The translations under genes were made by a program, and so were the position numbers. Source: the human T2T-CHM13v2.0 reference genome, Homo sapiens. From it: a stretch of DNA of 64,000 nucleotides. Shown here in pieces: positions 41,241 to 57,774 of the stretch (its first letter is position 1; every line of letters begins with the position of its first letter). The notes under the pieces were generated by a model, which saw only the letters and a list, made by a program, of their open reading frames with translations, made no database searches and was not told where the DNA came from. The stretch lies in assembly GCF_009914755.1 (NCBI RefSeq), contig NC_060943.1; one strand, written 5' to 3'.

Positions 41241-41950
41241 TTTACACGTGTAGGAAGCCCAATATGGCCCTCTTCAGGCTCTCCCATTCTGTAAATTACT
41301 CAAGGGTTGCTTCCACAGGACAGGGATGGCTTAGAAAGTCCCAGCGTCACTTCCACCTGTCTCTCCTTTCTGCTTCTGATGAGGGCACTTCACAGCTGGC
41401 CTAGGCTTGCTTCCACTGCAGGCAGGGAAGACAGAAGGCAAGGAGGCCTTCTTTGCCCAGCTCTCTGGGCAGAGCCTTGCTGATGCTCCATGCTAGGTAT
41501 CCACTTTACTGCTCCCCTTGTTCTGAGAGCTGCCTGGTTCTGCTCAACACAACAGAAGGGCTGGTCTGGAAAGGCCTCCTGCCTTAGACTCCCACTGGCC
41601 CAGAGCCAGGTCTTTCTTCTGAGCCAGTGTCAGACCCCCAGGCCCTAATCACCCTTGCCCTGCCTGTTTCTCAGTGTCCCAGGCTCTTCCCTACATTTGT
41701 GATAAGTAGAGGGATGGAGATGGAAAGGAACCGTGGGATGAGATAAACCTATCCGCGCAAAGATCTCTCCAGCACTAGGAAATGAGGCTGTTGGTTGGTT
41801 TATTGTCTTTTAATTTGATTCTTCTAATTGCCCAATGGGTTGAATGCCCAAAGGGCATTCCTCTTTGGAGACTTCTGTGTCCTTTCTGTCCTGTAGGCTA
41901 ACTTGGTCCACCCCGACAGGCTGCCTCGACATCAGTTCTTAGGATGAAGA

Positions 41951-42414
41951 TGTTACGGGGGCAATCAATGGGCTCTCTGCCCAATGCACAGAGAGGCTTT
42001 TGAGAAAGGAAAAGTTTTATTGTGAGTCTACTGGCAAGGAGACAGGAGGAAACACTCACTATGTCTCTGGAGCTGAGGGCTGGGTTGGATTTTATAAACA
42101 TAGAATAATGAGGTGTGATCTGATTAGATCTTGCAATGAGGTGATGACAGGCAGCATGATCTGATTGGATCCTACCATGCGGTGATGCCAGTGTTTGATC
42201 TGATTGGATACTGGATCCTACTATTCATGTCTGCTTCTCAATTCAGTTCGCACTCCTCAGTCCCAGTGCTTAGGTTACCCATGGTGGTTGCACAGTTGGC
42301 TCATCTGGGCATGCTCAAGTTATGTGACCTTCCACTTGGGGTCCATGGCCACTGAACAACAGCTCATAACTTTGTTACAAGAAAGTTGAGCCAGATTGGC
42401 CTCGTGTGGTTCCA
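41951..42414 (-). mobile_element. ERV solo LTR (MER-type, subfamily uncertain)
   Basis: Begins tgttac; aaagttttattg (antisense polyA signal); repeated gatctgattgga. Confidence 0.6.
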
Positions 42415-42629
42415 AAGATAGTGGGATCTGTTTCTCCCGCTATAAAATGAGTAAATGGCATGTAGTCAGTGGTTTTGAAAAATTATGTTAATCACTGCAA
42501 ACCTTTACAAAGCATTTCCAGGCAATTCCATGATGGAAGCTGGATTCTCTGGGTCAAGTAGGGCAGGCATGGGCAGGGGAGGAGACGTTTCCCTCCCCAG
42601 CCTCTCTGCCAACCGCCCACTGGAGATTT

Positions 42630-43030
42630 GCTTGGGAAGAAGGTTCTCGGAAGCAGGTTCTGCACCAGGATGTGTGTGCAGGGACATCCTGAGGAAGGGC
42701 ATCCAGGGAACTGGTAAGGGAGGGGGAAAAACATGGAAGAGAAGGAAACCACTCAAGGGCGAGAGTTTCTGAAGTCCCTCAAAGGGTAGCCACAGCCTGA
42801 TCCTGCTGGGGGACTTTGCAGTGTTAGTTACAACTCAGTGTCATACACTTCTAGGTAAGGGACCGCAGCTTTCAAGCCTAGATTAGGAATGACATCCAAA
42901 CCCCATGGGGGAGGTGAGAATATTCCTCAGCATTTTATACTCAAAGAGGACAGAGCAAGGCTTGCAGCCTTCTGAGGGTGGTCTGCCCAAGATGAGCTGC
43001 TGGTGCTGGCTCCTGGAAGAGAAGACCCAC
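42630..43030 (-). mobile_element. LTR16-like ERVL LTR
   Basis: ggttctcggaagcagg...cacagcctgatcctgctgggggactttg. Confidence 0.5.
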
Positions 43031-43959
43031 TCAAGTCATGGGTCACACAGGAAATGATGAAATTGAGTCCCCAAGGAAATCCGGGCAGAGCAATGACATC
43101 ATGTCTCTGTGGGGAAGGTGCCTGAAACCGAGCAGATGAGGGCCCTGGGGCAGGGGGCACAGGGAGAGGTGGGCTGCCTCTCCCTGGACGTCCACTTGTC
43201 TCCTTTGCCAAGCACCTAATCCCAAGGATCTGCAGAGCAATGGAGGGGGCAGCCGAGAGGAAGGGCGGACAGCAGAGTGAGAATAGAGGCTGTGCCCCTG
43301 CAGAGCACTTTTCCACGGATGTGTTTTTCTTTCAGACTTTATGGTTAATTTATTTATCTGACCACTCGGGAAGGGAAGAAAAGTACCATTTTATGAGCGC
43401 AGGACAAAATAAAAAACAATAGCACATTTAGGTGCCTTAATTTTTCTGTTCCTAGAGATTTATTTCATTGTATTATATTTGACAGCAGTCAACAAACAGC
43501 AAATAGGCAGCCAAGTGCAGTTCTCTTAGCCGTAATGGTTTGTATTCTCTGCACAAGGCAGAGTTTTTTTTTTTTTTTTTTTTTTTTTTACCACATACAT
43601 CATTTGGAACTTGATACATTGATCCCAAAAAGTAATATACATTACTTTTGTTCTCCTGACATAAACCAGCAAAACAAATCCAGTGGACGGAGTGGGGTGG
43701 GGCCAGACATAAGGGTGTGACTCCCTTTGGGAGGGGATTGCTGTGAGTTTAGCACGTGTGTGGGGACTACCCGAGAATGTCAGGGCTGGTGAGGCGCAAG
43801 CATGTGATTAGGTGAGGGCGTTGTGTGAGTGTTCAACTGTGCAGTGTGATGGGGTTCAGGATTGCTTGTCTGTGGGTCTAGTGGGAAGCAAAGTGATGTT
43901 AACTTTTCTAGTAGATATGAGAATATGCAGCCTGGGAAGTCTTTGTGTTCGGGTGCATC

Positions 43960-45085
43960 CAAGCACCCTGAATCTGTTAAAGCTTACATCAATGTCGAAC
44001 AAGTGTTCTGGCTTTAAGGGAGTGGTCATAATTTGGGCAACCCTTATGCCCCAAGATTGTCAGCCTGGAAGTCACATGGGGGCCACATCTCCATTCATAT
44101 TTTAATTCCTCCTGTTCCATGCTCTGGGATTCCAGTCCCTACCTTAGAACTCCTTTGGTTATCTCAGCAAGTTCCTAGGGTGCTAGTATTTCTCATGGGT
44201 TTCTGCACCCACAAGTCCTTACTGCTGTCGTTGCTTGGATCCATGTGGATGATGTCTTCTCTGCACATTGACTCCTCTGGCATCTCAGAGACTACTCACC
44301 TTCCACAGCTAATGCTGGGCTGGCCACCAGGAAGGGAATGGGTCCTTTCACTAATGACCTCCAATGCAGCTGAAACCAGGCTGCAACTTCTGGCAAGACT
44401 TGACTGAGGGGATGACAGCATCAGGAAATGAAGTCACAGCATGGCAAGTAGATGCGGCTGTCTCCATAGCCCACAGGCTCAGGCCCATTCTGCCCTAAGA
44501 GGCTGGTTGGTGCAGCCTGCCAACTCCCTGCCAGTGTGTCTCCCTGTGCCAGGAACTGGCTTCTTTTGTCCTGACAGTGGCAAATCCACATGCATGACTC
44601 CATTTTTTTGGAGTCCAGGTTCAGTTTGCAAAGAGGCCAGAGAAGAAAACTGTTCTTGGGCTAAGGCCAGTTGCTGCTTCTTGACGCCCTCTCTTATGAC
44701 GGTTGACAGTGGGTGAGTCCAGTTCCTTCAAAGGAAAGTCTTCCTCCTCCCACCTCCAGCTTCCTTGAATTATGGCCACAGAGGATCAATGGCATGAGAG
44801 TGACAGAGACTACTTGGGAGACTGCATTGTTTGATCTGTCCCCCCGACAATAATAACACATAACACGCTAGTCTTCGTCCTGCCTGGTCAGGGAGGAAAG
44901 CTTTGACCATCTGCTCCCTGCAATTGGAGTGCCCCCAGCTATGATCCACCAGCAATCGCTTATCCCTGCCACTCAGCCATTTATCAGTACTGTCCTGTCT
45001 AAATCCCAAAATACAAAAGCTGTACTCCCCCTAGAGGAACAAAACCTTCTGAGATTCGGTGCTGGATTGATCCCAAATACCAATT
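43960..45085 (-). mobile_element. Possible ERVL internal (gag-leader) fragment
   Basis: Antisense aaattggta leader near 45080; close to an LTR16-like LTR; weak recall-based similarity. Confidence 0.3.
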
Positions 45086-45522
45086 TACTTCCCCTGAACG
45101 AACCTCGAGCTCTGCTTGCCCAACAATGGTGAGTTCTGCTTTCTCCAAAACACTGGGAGAGGATGTGCTTTCCATTCACACCCTGCAGGGCCATTCAGGT
45201 GGATTTACCCCAAAGGAAAGCAGATGGAGTCTTCTTCATAGGCATTTTCAAATGTCTTCCTATTCTGAGAGAGAAAACTTATGGAACTATTGAGGGAACA
45301 GTTATTCCAATGCTTTTTTTGTTCCCAGGGAAAACTGAAACAAACCTTGTAAGTCTTATCCTGGGAACCATGTGATGTGTCAATTGGCTTAGGCAGGAAT
45401 TTAACTTTCAGATGGTATAGAGCAGCCACAGTTTGGCTGGTACTGTGCCTGGCCTTTGAGGCTACAGAGATAACCGGGAAGGGTCCCAGCCCACAGGGTA
45501 CGAGTGCCAAGGAGAGCACGGG

Positions 45523-45997
45523 TGAGGTAGGAGGTGGGATTTGACTTTGGAGGCAGGGCTCAGGCACTGGACCAAATTGATGACTAAGGGCTGGGGCAGA
45601 AGCAGCTTTCCATAAGACACACCCACTAATGTGCCATGTCAGTTTACCATTGCCATGGCAACACCTGGAAGTTTCCACCCTTTTCCACAGCAATGACCCA
45701 ATGACCTAGAAGTTACCTCCATTTTCCTAGAAATTTCTGCATAGGCCACCCCTTAATTTGCACGTAATTAAAAGTAGGTATAAATATGAGTGCAGAACTG
45801 CCTCTGAGCTGCTGCTCTGGGCACACTGCCTGTGGGGTAGCCCTGCTTCACATGGAGAAGTACCTCTGCTGCTGCTGTATACTGCAGCTTCAATAAAAGT
45901 TGCTAAGACCACCTGCTAGCCCTTGAATTCTTTTCTAGGTGAAGCCAAGAACCCTCCTGGGCTAAGCTCCAGTGTGGAGGCTTGCCTGCCTTCATTA
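45523..45997 (+). mobile_element. MER66-type ERV1 solo LTR
   Basis: Starts tgaggtaggaggtggga; ccattgccatggcaacacctggaagt; tataaa and aataaa; ggtgaagccaagaaccct. Confidence 0.8.
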
Positions 45998-46253
45998 CAA
46001 GCTTATCCTCAGAGACCCCACAGTGAGTGGCCCCTGACAAATGCCAGAACCAGGATCCCAGAGAGTGACAAGGAAAGGGGGAGGCAGAGATAGACCCTGG
46101 CTGGGGAGGTAGCTGTTTGTCATGAATCTTATTTATTGCTCTCTACTTTAGGAAAAAGAGGTACAGAACAAGCTGTCTGTGTACGTCAAAGAACTTAAAG
46201 GGCCAACAAGTACCTCTGAGTCCAGTTGGGAGTGAAAAGAACCCAAACACTGA

Positions 46254-48860
<2,607 letters not shown>

Positions 48861-50633
48861 AGAACCCCTCTCCTCTCCCAGTAGCCCAAGTTTTTTCCAG
48901 AGAATTCCTACTCTCGTTGGCCCCTCCCACTTCCTCACACCACACTGCCAAAACAGCAGCACTCCCAATTGTCTGCCTGTGTTGTCTCCAGGGTCATAGA
49001 AGGTGGGATGTGGGACCATTCTAATCAGATGCTAAACAGTTTGAAATTTGCAAATAATCACACTGTTGACATTAATTGCTATTTTTACTATCTGCAAAAA
49101 TTTGACCCATTGTCCAAGTAAACCTAACAGATATGTGGATTATATCAGTTGGGGCTGCCAAGGTGACACTGTCAAGTTGATTTCATGTCATTTTAATGTC
49201 TTCTGTAGGCCCTATACTCTCTCAACCAGAGGTCCTCTGGCCAGAGTGGAATGGTCAGAGCTTAGAAGCTTGTTCTGCCCATAGAGGCAGTTGTTAGCCT
49301 CAGACAACCGGGGACTTCCAGGTGAGAGGACTGGAATTGTTGTCTGTCCTGGAGGCTGGGAGAGTCCAAAGTGGGGACAGTGTGGACAGCAGAGCCATGC
49401 TCTAGGATCAGCATTCTGCAGACTGCCTGGAGCAGCGCGGAGCCTCCTAGGAGCTTAACTTGATCAACTTTCAGCCTGAGCTGGAACTAAATCCAATAGA
49501 GATTGGCTTGGAGCAAGAGACAGCTGGCTGCCTGGGCCCTCTGGACAGCGGCCCCCTGAGAGCGGCAAATCAGAAACAGGCGACAGGCCAAGCCCAGCCT
49601 CACCCTGGTGTGGAACACAAAGCAGACCCACTGCGCATTGTGGAAGACTCCTGTGGGTTTCTGCTCCTGACCTTGAGAACAGGAAGAACCCAAGGTTCCC
49701 ACTGCACCTATCCCAAGAAGTCCATGGTCTGGCTCAGGCCAGACCTATGCTGCAAAACACTCACATTCATCTACTGGGAAACAGGCAGCATGGCACCGAG
49801 GAGTGTCGTGTTCAGTTTTAAAATGCCACAAATAACAGATTTATAGATTTTTCTAAATACATTATTTTAGCTTGACAGCATTAATCATTCATGCTTCCTT
49901 CTTTCATTTTTCTACCTGCAATGGATTATTGAAACAGAAAATAACAACGAGAAAGGCTAGCAGCAGTATCAAAATGTCAAGTTTGTACTTACAGTTGTAT
50001 GGGCCCAGACAGGGTCAAGAGCCCCAATTATTTGTGTATGTACACAGTGGTATGACACGAAAGGTTATGTCACCTGCAGCTATTTTCCTGCAGATTTAAA
50101 TAGGACTGATATTCAGCTGTACAGTGAGCTGCTGACATGGAACAGAAAATTGTAAAATACTGCAAACTCTGGTGTCAGAACCTAAAATATGAATTGGGTG
50201 ATTGTAAGGTATAGCTGTGGGCAGTGCCGCATGTCGTGGTGCAAATCCGCTCAATTACTTTGGGTTATTCTTGGCCTGCACTTTTTCATTTAAACATAAG
50301 GCAAGAGTGAAATCACAGGACTGGGCTGAGGGTAAAATGTCAGGTCTGTCTACTTTGCAAGATGCCTTCTAGAGACCAAGAGTGCACACACCAACCAGCC
50401 TGGACAGAGAGAACAATATGCATGTGAATCTACAAGGGTGACCTGGGGCACCCCTCGGCTGGTGAAGTTGGATAGATGATGGGACAATAAAGGCCTATTA
50501 TGCATATTCTGTAATTTTTTGTTTTCTTTTAGAATGTAGCCATTATATGGAAAGACCTGCAGGAACGATTTGCCATTTGGTCAATAAATGAAACGTTGAT
50601 TTTTTAAAAAATTAATTTTATTAAAAAAAAAAA

Positions 50634-50931
50634 GGCCCGGTGTGGTGGCTCACGCCTGTAATCCCAACAATTTGGGAGGCTGAGGTAGGTGGATCTCCTG
50701 AGGTCAGGAGTTCGAGACTAGCCTGGTTAACATGGTGAAACTTTGTCTCTACTAAAAATACAAAAATTAGTTTGGCATGGTGGCACGCACCTTTAATCCC
50801 AGCTACTCAGGAGGCTGAGGCAGGAGAATCACTTGAACCCAGGAGGTGGAGGTTGCAGTGAGCTGAAATCACACCAGTGCTCTCCAGCCTTGGCAACAGA
50901 GAGAGAGAGACTGTCTCAAAATCATAATAAA
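50634..50931 (+). mobile_element. AluS
   Basis: Full sense Alu. Confidence 0.94.
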
Positions 50932-51057
50932 TTTTTTTTAAAGATGGAATCTCACTATGATGCCCAGCTTGGTCTCGAACTCCTGGCCTCAAGCAGTCTT
51001 CCCGCCTTGGCCTCCCAAACTGCTGAGATTGCAGGCATGAGCCATTGTGCCTGGCCA
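50932..51057 (-). mobile_element. FLAM / Alu left monomer
   Basis: Antisense monomer ending gagccattgtgcctggcc. Confidence 0.88.
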
Positions 51058-52077
51058 TTTTTTTTTCTGTCAGTGAATTCCAACCCTATGTCTTCCTCAC
51101 AAGGATTCTGTGAGTATCTGTGGTCAATAGACTTATGGTATCATACATGGGAATAAAGCCCTAGAAGGTACTACAATATCCTTTCGCAGACAGCTCAATA
51201 TCTCATTTGATCACCACCGCCACCCAGTGAGATATGTTTTAGACAAGACAAACAAAACAAAAATAGGATAAACACAGATATAGATAGGACATGGTTGAGA
51301 AAAGAATCAAATGTTAAATGCCACTCAGCTATCAATTAGCAGAGAGGGCTCCACCCCACATGCAGATTTCAGTGCCCCAGGTGCTGTGGATAACTTGTGA
51401 GAGCGCCCCTTCTGTCCCTGCTTCAAAGGGCAGTGGGTCTGCATAGGCTAACTGGTCCTAGGAATGGCACAGACTCTTGTTCCTGGCTTTCCTACCACTG
51501 GGGCTTTGGGAAGCAACTAGCTTGTTTTAGGTCAAGATTTTACGGTTTAGCTTACCAGTAGGGAGGATAACTCAAAAGGCAGTGATTTCCAATTCTAACA
51601 TATTTTGTAGTGCCACAAAAATGCCCCCTCTAGACCAACAGAGATAGAGAGAAGTTGACTTTTGGACCTCAGCCTGCCTAGTAGCTCTTTATCCCGATGC
51701 CATCCTATCTCTCCATGCATGGCACCCCTGTTCTCAACTTCCCATGTGTTGGGTGAGCCACTCTCCTCCAGTGCTTGAGAACACCGCTCACATCTTTGCT
51801 AGTTCTGTCTCAACAGTCTTAAATGGCTTTCCTCCCCGCCTCTACTTTTTCCTTTCCAACTATCAAATCCTTGCTCTCTTTTTCCTGGCTCTGCTCAAGA
51901 CCTCACCTCCTTCAGGAATCTTATCAGGCAATTCCTCCTGAATTACTTAGGATGAATACAGAAATCAAAGTGAATTGCCGTGGACCTCAGCAGAAGAGAG
52001 CACTTATATCAGGATGTGAAGGATGCACAGGTTTCTCTAGGAAACAAAGAAAAAAAGATATTCCTGGGCTTCAAAGC

Positions 52078-52476
52078 TGGATGAAGTGAATAGATAAGAA
52101 GGTATGTTATATCCACACAAGAAATGAAGGACTGATACACGTTATAAAATGGATGGATCTTGAAAACAAGCATGTTAAGTGAAAAAAAAAAGCAAGTTGC
52201 AAAAGAACAAGCTAGGTCCATATATTGTATTACCCTATTTACACAAAATGTCCAGGCAAATTCATACAGACAAAAAGTAGATTAGTAGTTGCCAGGGGTT
52301 GAGGGGAGAGGAGAATGGGGATTGACTGCTAATGAGTCTGAATTTTCTTTTTGAGGTGATGGAAATATTCTGAAATTAGTTGTGATTGTTGCAAAACTCT
52401 GTGAATATACTAAAAATCACCGCATTGTAGAGTTTTAAAAGGCACATTTTATGGCATGTGAATTATAGCTAAAAAA
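52078..52476 (+). mobile_element. L1MB 3' end
   Basis: atggatggatcttgaaaaca...agtagattagtagttgccagggg...atggcatgtgaattata. Confidence 0.88.
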
Positions 52477-52479
52477 TGA

Positions 52480-52770
52480 TGGGAACGGGAACCAGGGACA
52501 AGATGTTCCCAAGAGCATTTCCTCTTTTTTTCTCATCTGTTTCCTTCTCTCTTCTGAGCAGCTTGTTGGCTTGCTTTGCTCCCCAATCCAAAGTAAAGAA
52601 AATGGCCTCCCATAACTCCCAAACTTCCATTCCTTTGCACAAGAGACTAATCAGAACGAGTCAGGAATCTCTTAGTCCTGATTCCAGGTTTCCAGGAGAA
52701 AAGCTAATTGGTCCAAATTGGGTCAAGTTTCTACTCCTGGACCATTCTACTGCAGTTAGGCAATCTGGCT
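52480..52770 (-). mobile_element. MLT1-type LTR fragment
   Basis: gctaattggtccaaattgggtcaag...ctactcctggaccatt. Confidence 0.45.
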
Positions 52771-53159
52771 TCTTAATATAATTATAGGAAGTAAGGGGAA
52801 GAGGTGCATCCAGAAAAGGGGTAGAGGAAGGATAGGCTATCCACTATATTTAGACTATCCACCGCTGATATTGATCTTCCAATTACAATTAAGGTGTTAA
52901 AACCTGTTATATAGACATAGATAGACATGAACACATGGATAATTCTCTTAACTCTTCTGCTACCCTTTAGCACACTTTCCTACATGCTACTTCTTGACCC
53001 TATCTTTCTGTGACTTTTTTTTTGCTATAGATAGTTTCAAATATATTAAATTTTACCCTACGCAAGGGCCACTGTCTTTCTTTTGTCTCTATCTCTGCAG
53101 CATTAGATGCATCCCTGGAGACTTACACTAGAGTTCAGCATGGGGAGTGAGGTTCCGGT

Positions 53160-54260
53160 CGGAGATGGTTCCAGATTGTATACAAGCTTATACAACTTTG
53201 GAGGATGTCTTTAAGAATACATTACATATACAAAATTAGAATTGGAAGTAAATATTTACTTAGGATGAGAAAAGAAATCGCCAAAAATATACATTTGAAA
53301 CAGCTAACAAGTATCACAAATATCTCAGGAAAAAAAAACATATTTTATTAATCAATTTTTAAAATTAATTAACATTCTGACACATCTCGATGGTATATTT
53401 TTTTCCTACCGTTTTTTCGGCCTGCATTCTCTTTGATCAACAATTTTATAATGTCATTTTCTATAGTGGGACTGAAAAGATCCTTCCTCTAGCATGCATA
53501 AAACATGCAAATTCACACTCAGATGAATTTGCTGAGTGACGTACTGCTACAGATTTGTGCCTTACAAACATATGAATTCTCATACATTCTGTTTCTCTTA
53601 TTCCTCATCAAAAAGGAAAAGGAAGTATGGTATGTTTATAATTGTATGTTTTATGTTAAATATATTCCTTATGGGAGATGATTTCCATTTTGACTATGCA
53701 TCAATAATAACCTATTCTACATTAATAATTTTACATGTCTAATGACTGGAAGAATTTCCATAGACTAGCTTCTGGTTTCATACACTGCAAACCATTTTAA
53801 TTCTCTACAACCCTTTCGAGGTGCCACTGGATACATGCATATGTCTATAGAGACTCTGGCCTTGCGGTTTCATGGCTTGCATGGGGGTAGATTGATATAG
53901 AAGGCAAATCATTTCTGCAAGCCATCAATATGGCAAGCATACAACTACACACAGAATTGACTACAAATACATTAATGCATCCCTCCAAACTCAAAATGAA
54001 CATATCCACATTCAACCTGTCTTTACCCAGATCCCAAAAGTGTCCATAGCCTCTCTAACTCCAACTGACACTAGAAGACTTATGGTGGAGAGGAAGTTTG
54101 AGTGGGAAGAGACAGTGTTCTCAACAAATTGTAGCTAAAACCTTTGGGATCTTCCAAAGTACAGGACCACATTCCTAAGGTTTAGGGCTTAGGAAGGCAC
54201 CCATGCAGGCAAAAGGCCATGAAGATCAAGCTGTATCAGTGTCAAGGTAAAATGACTTCT
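53160..54260 (-). mobile_element. hAT-Tip100 DNA transposon (Arthur1/MER69-like)
   Basis: AT-rich body; right end resembles the antisense Tip100-type terminus (ggccatgaagatcaagct...ggtaaaatgac). Confidence 0.55.
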
Positions 54261-55099
54261 TTTTATCAGTGTAAATGTTATGGGATATTAGAGAAGGGAG
54301 AGATGGGTGCATTTGCTGGATGGATTACAATGGGGTACATCTTTTCATTTTCTTCTTAAATGATATTAAGAGCTGGGGTTCAAAATCTAATAGTCTTAGC
54401 CCAATCTCTTGAAGCACAGTGTTCCAAATAATGGAAGAGGGGATCCATGTCTCTTGGGTCTCCCCATAACTCCATGTCTACCACCTAGTAGGACCTAGCA
54501 GATAGATCTCTGCACAGAGATCTGATAGATGGGAAATGGATGAGGGCTGCAGCTCTTGCTGTGAGGATCAAACAAGGTAATGGATATGGAAGTGTTTTAC
54601 AAATAGAAAATTTCTGTAGCAAAATATGTCTAACAAAAGAGTTCAGTTTGGTTGAGATGCTCCCTATACCATTGATTGAGGATAATCGTTAGTATTTTTG
54701 GAAGACATCTTCCCCACCCAACAAATCAATTTGAAAGAGGCACACCACTTTTAAGAAAGACTAAAGTCTCTTGCCATCTTCTGTTGTCTTCTGTCATCAG
54801 GAGATTGTGAAGAATGGGTGGGAAAAATTCTTAAACCATAGTCCAGGTTTTATATAACACCAGTATTTTTAGACATGTGCCTGCTATGAACTGAAGTGTA
54901 TTTTGAAAACTTAATAAAAAGCAGATATTAACCCACAAATGTTTCATTTTAAAGTGAGATGAATCTTCTTCCCTGCCCCATCACCAACCCTCTGCTATTC
55001 TAAGTCTCTTATTCTAGCCAGGATTTTTATTTGTTTAAGGTGACTTAGCAAGGTATCTATATTGAAGTAATGCATCAGCCAAATGGGAGAACTGCTTTA

Positions 55100-55600
55100 T
55101 CAGATACTGTGCAAGTGACCAAAGACTCTTCACAGAGAAGCTTAAATAAAAAAGAGAATATTCTTATTGGATTATATAAGTTATATAAATGGAAACTCCA
55201 GAGTTAGAGGCTCAGGCACAGCTGGGTTCAGAGACACATGTGATATCGCTGGGACCTGGTCTCTCTCCCACTCAGCTCTGCTCCGTCTGGTGCCAAGGTG
55301 GTTGCCAAGAGCTCCAGATCTCCATCTTCTTGGTTTTGAGTACATGGGAAAACAAGAGAACTTCGTCCTCAAAAGCCACAGCAAAGTTATCATTGTGACT
55401 CTGAGCTCTGATAAGGTCGTGGACCCATCCCTGAACCTATCGCTGGGGACTTCAAAGTGTGATGATGTCCCATTGGTCAGGACTGAGACATGAGTCTGCC
55501 ATGGTGGGAAAAGGATTGCCAGTCCCAATCTGAAAACACAGATGGAGAATGGGAGAAAGGCGGTCCTCCAAAACACAGATGCTGGGCAGGATGTCCACCA
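55100..55600 (-). mobile_element. MLT1 LTR
   Basis: tgcaagtgac...ctcaggcacagctggg...cccatccctgaacc. Confidence 0.7.
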
Positions 55601-55824
55601 GCCAACCACCAACCCAGGGCTGACCCCACTCCAAGCCAGCTTTGAAACAATTGTTCTATGACTTAGAACCAGGACTCGGTTCTAGCACACTCACTAAAAA
55701 AAAAGAAAGGTCTCTGAATCATCCCCTATGGTGGTCAACTGGCAAGAGAAAGGAATCACTTCAACAAAGGTTTATCTTAACCAATCTACCCAAGCAAAGG
55801 TGACAGCACCAAGTCCCCACATCC

Positions 55825-55827
<3 letters not shown>

Positions 55828-55862
<35 letters not shown>

Positions 55863-55863
55863 T
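55828..55863 (+). repeat. (TG)n microsatellite
   Basis: Direct reading. Confidence 0.95.
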
Positions 55864-57774
55864 AGATATACAGAATGTACTTTTTCATAGATGGCTGTTA
55901 ATTACGATTCTTCACCAAGGTGGTATAAACAGATCTCTGCCAATAGAAACTTTTAATTAGATTTATTAATTCCAGAATGTAGTTGAAATGTGGTGAATAT
56001 TGATTGTAATGGCCTCTGTTTTAAATATAATTAATTCACGATCTGCATAATTGCTCATTACCTGTATCTTAATTATGGGGCATAAAACATTGTTTATCAC
56101 TAACATAGTCCTAATGGGGAGAGGAGCTCACTCTGATAACTTAGGATTCTTGGTATTTTTGTTGAAGAGAGCAATGAGACATTTCATTTTCTTTAGAGGG
56201 AGAGAGAAAAAAAATAGAAAGCTGTGTCTCCAATGACAACCAGTATGCACAGACAACCTGATAAACACAGGGCATTTATGATTCTTTTATGACTACATTT
56301 TCTGACAAGATAAAGTAAATACTCTTTTGTGGGACTTTACAACTGCACAAGGCTAAAGCTACTGTCCAAGAAAACTGAAAAATTTGAGTATAAATATACT
56401 AGTGTGTTTAAGGCTGGCTCATGGGCAATGAGGATATCCTAGCAGCTTGACAATTTTCATATAATACCATGAAGAATTTCATGGTTTTTCTTCATCTTAC
56501 TGCTAGTACCAGCACAATACATCTTTTCTAGAAAAAAAAATTATACAAATCTATGGCACTTTCTGTTTTTTCCCATATACCATAAATCCTAAAGATAGTT
56601 CATGTGCCTATTACCGTTAGCATTTTTTTTTAAGTCCGAGCAACAAAACCTGAAATATGCCACATATACAAAAAAAATCAGGTTGCCAGGAAATCTGAGT
56701 TAGGTGAGATTTTAGTGGTTTTTGATTCTGTCAGGTTTTTTTGGGGGGGAATTTCTTTTACAAAGACTGTGGTCTGTGGACATCCATCTGTGCCTCTTTG
56801 TGAGCTCAGCACTTTTCCAGTGGGAAAGAGTTGTGTACCTGTTTATAGGAGCTTGCAAATGTCATCTATGGTAACTGACTTCATTTGGTTATAGAAACAA
56901 AGCAAGATTAGCGAGAAGAAGACACGGTACTTTTGGGCCACCTTTTCCTAATGCTGCTTAGCCCTGTAGGGGAAGCTGGGGAAGGTAACCAGTAATTTTA
57001 GATCATCTTCTCAAAGTAGGGAACTCTTTACAACAGAATTTCTCACAAGCCCTCATCATTGACAATGCATTTTTGTTCATATTTTTTAATGCCTGCATAC
57101 ATGTCACAGAATACTACTACATGTCCTTAATCCTAAAACCAGTTGGCTGCCAGTCACCTGAACTTGATGATGTAGTCACTGTAATAATCCACCAAATAAT
57201 GCATGACAGTGAGCTATTTACTGAGGACAGTAAGTGGATTGGTTTTATCTAAATGTACAAATCTGTATTAGGTCCCAAGAAGCTCTGAAAATTGAAACAA
57301 AAACTGAAGAAAAAATGGACAGTCGGGAAAAGGGAGAAACATGTTTTGCTGCACTAAAAGCCAGAAAAAGAAGCCATTGCATATTTTTAGCAAAATGCTT
57401 AAATTTCATCCATGTACATTTCCTCTGTCTTCAGTTAAGTGTGAGCGACCGGTTAATAGTATCTAGGTTTCTGACAAAAAAAGCAACAAAATAGGAGCTA
57501 ATTCTGGATAAAGGAAAACACTATGTTCAAAGCAGGTGCTACTTCCCTCATACTGATCATCAAGGAAGAAGCCTGTAATTTCTCTGAATAGAAAATCTCT
57601 CTTTGTCTAGCCCCCAGTAAATACATGCTGACAAATATTCACATGCTGTCTGAAAGGTGCCCAGAAGGTGCACGTTTTCTGTCTGGGTCCCCAGTGAGCG
57701 AGGAGCTCCATGCCTCTGGAAATAGGGCTGTTCCCTCCGAAATGGGAACTCAGTCTGGCCAGACCCCTAACATT

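Noticed and set aside
41240-41500. Further weak Gypsy-like words (also 5200-5300, 45170-45450, 49400-49470, 58590-58880)
   Set aside because: They need several frameshifts for short matches and cannot be separated from chance by eye.
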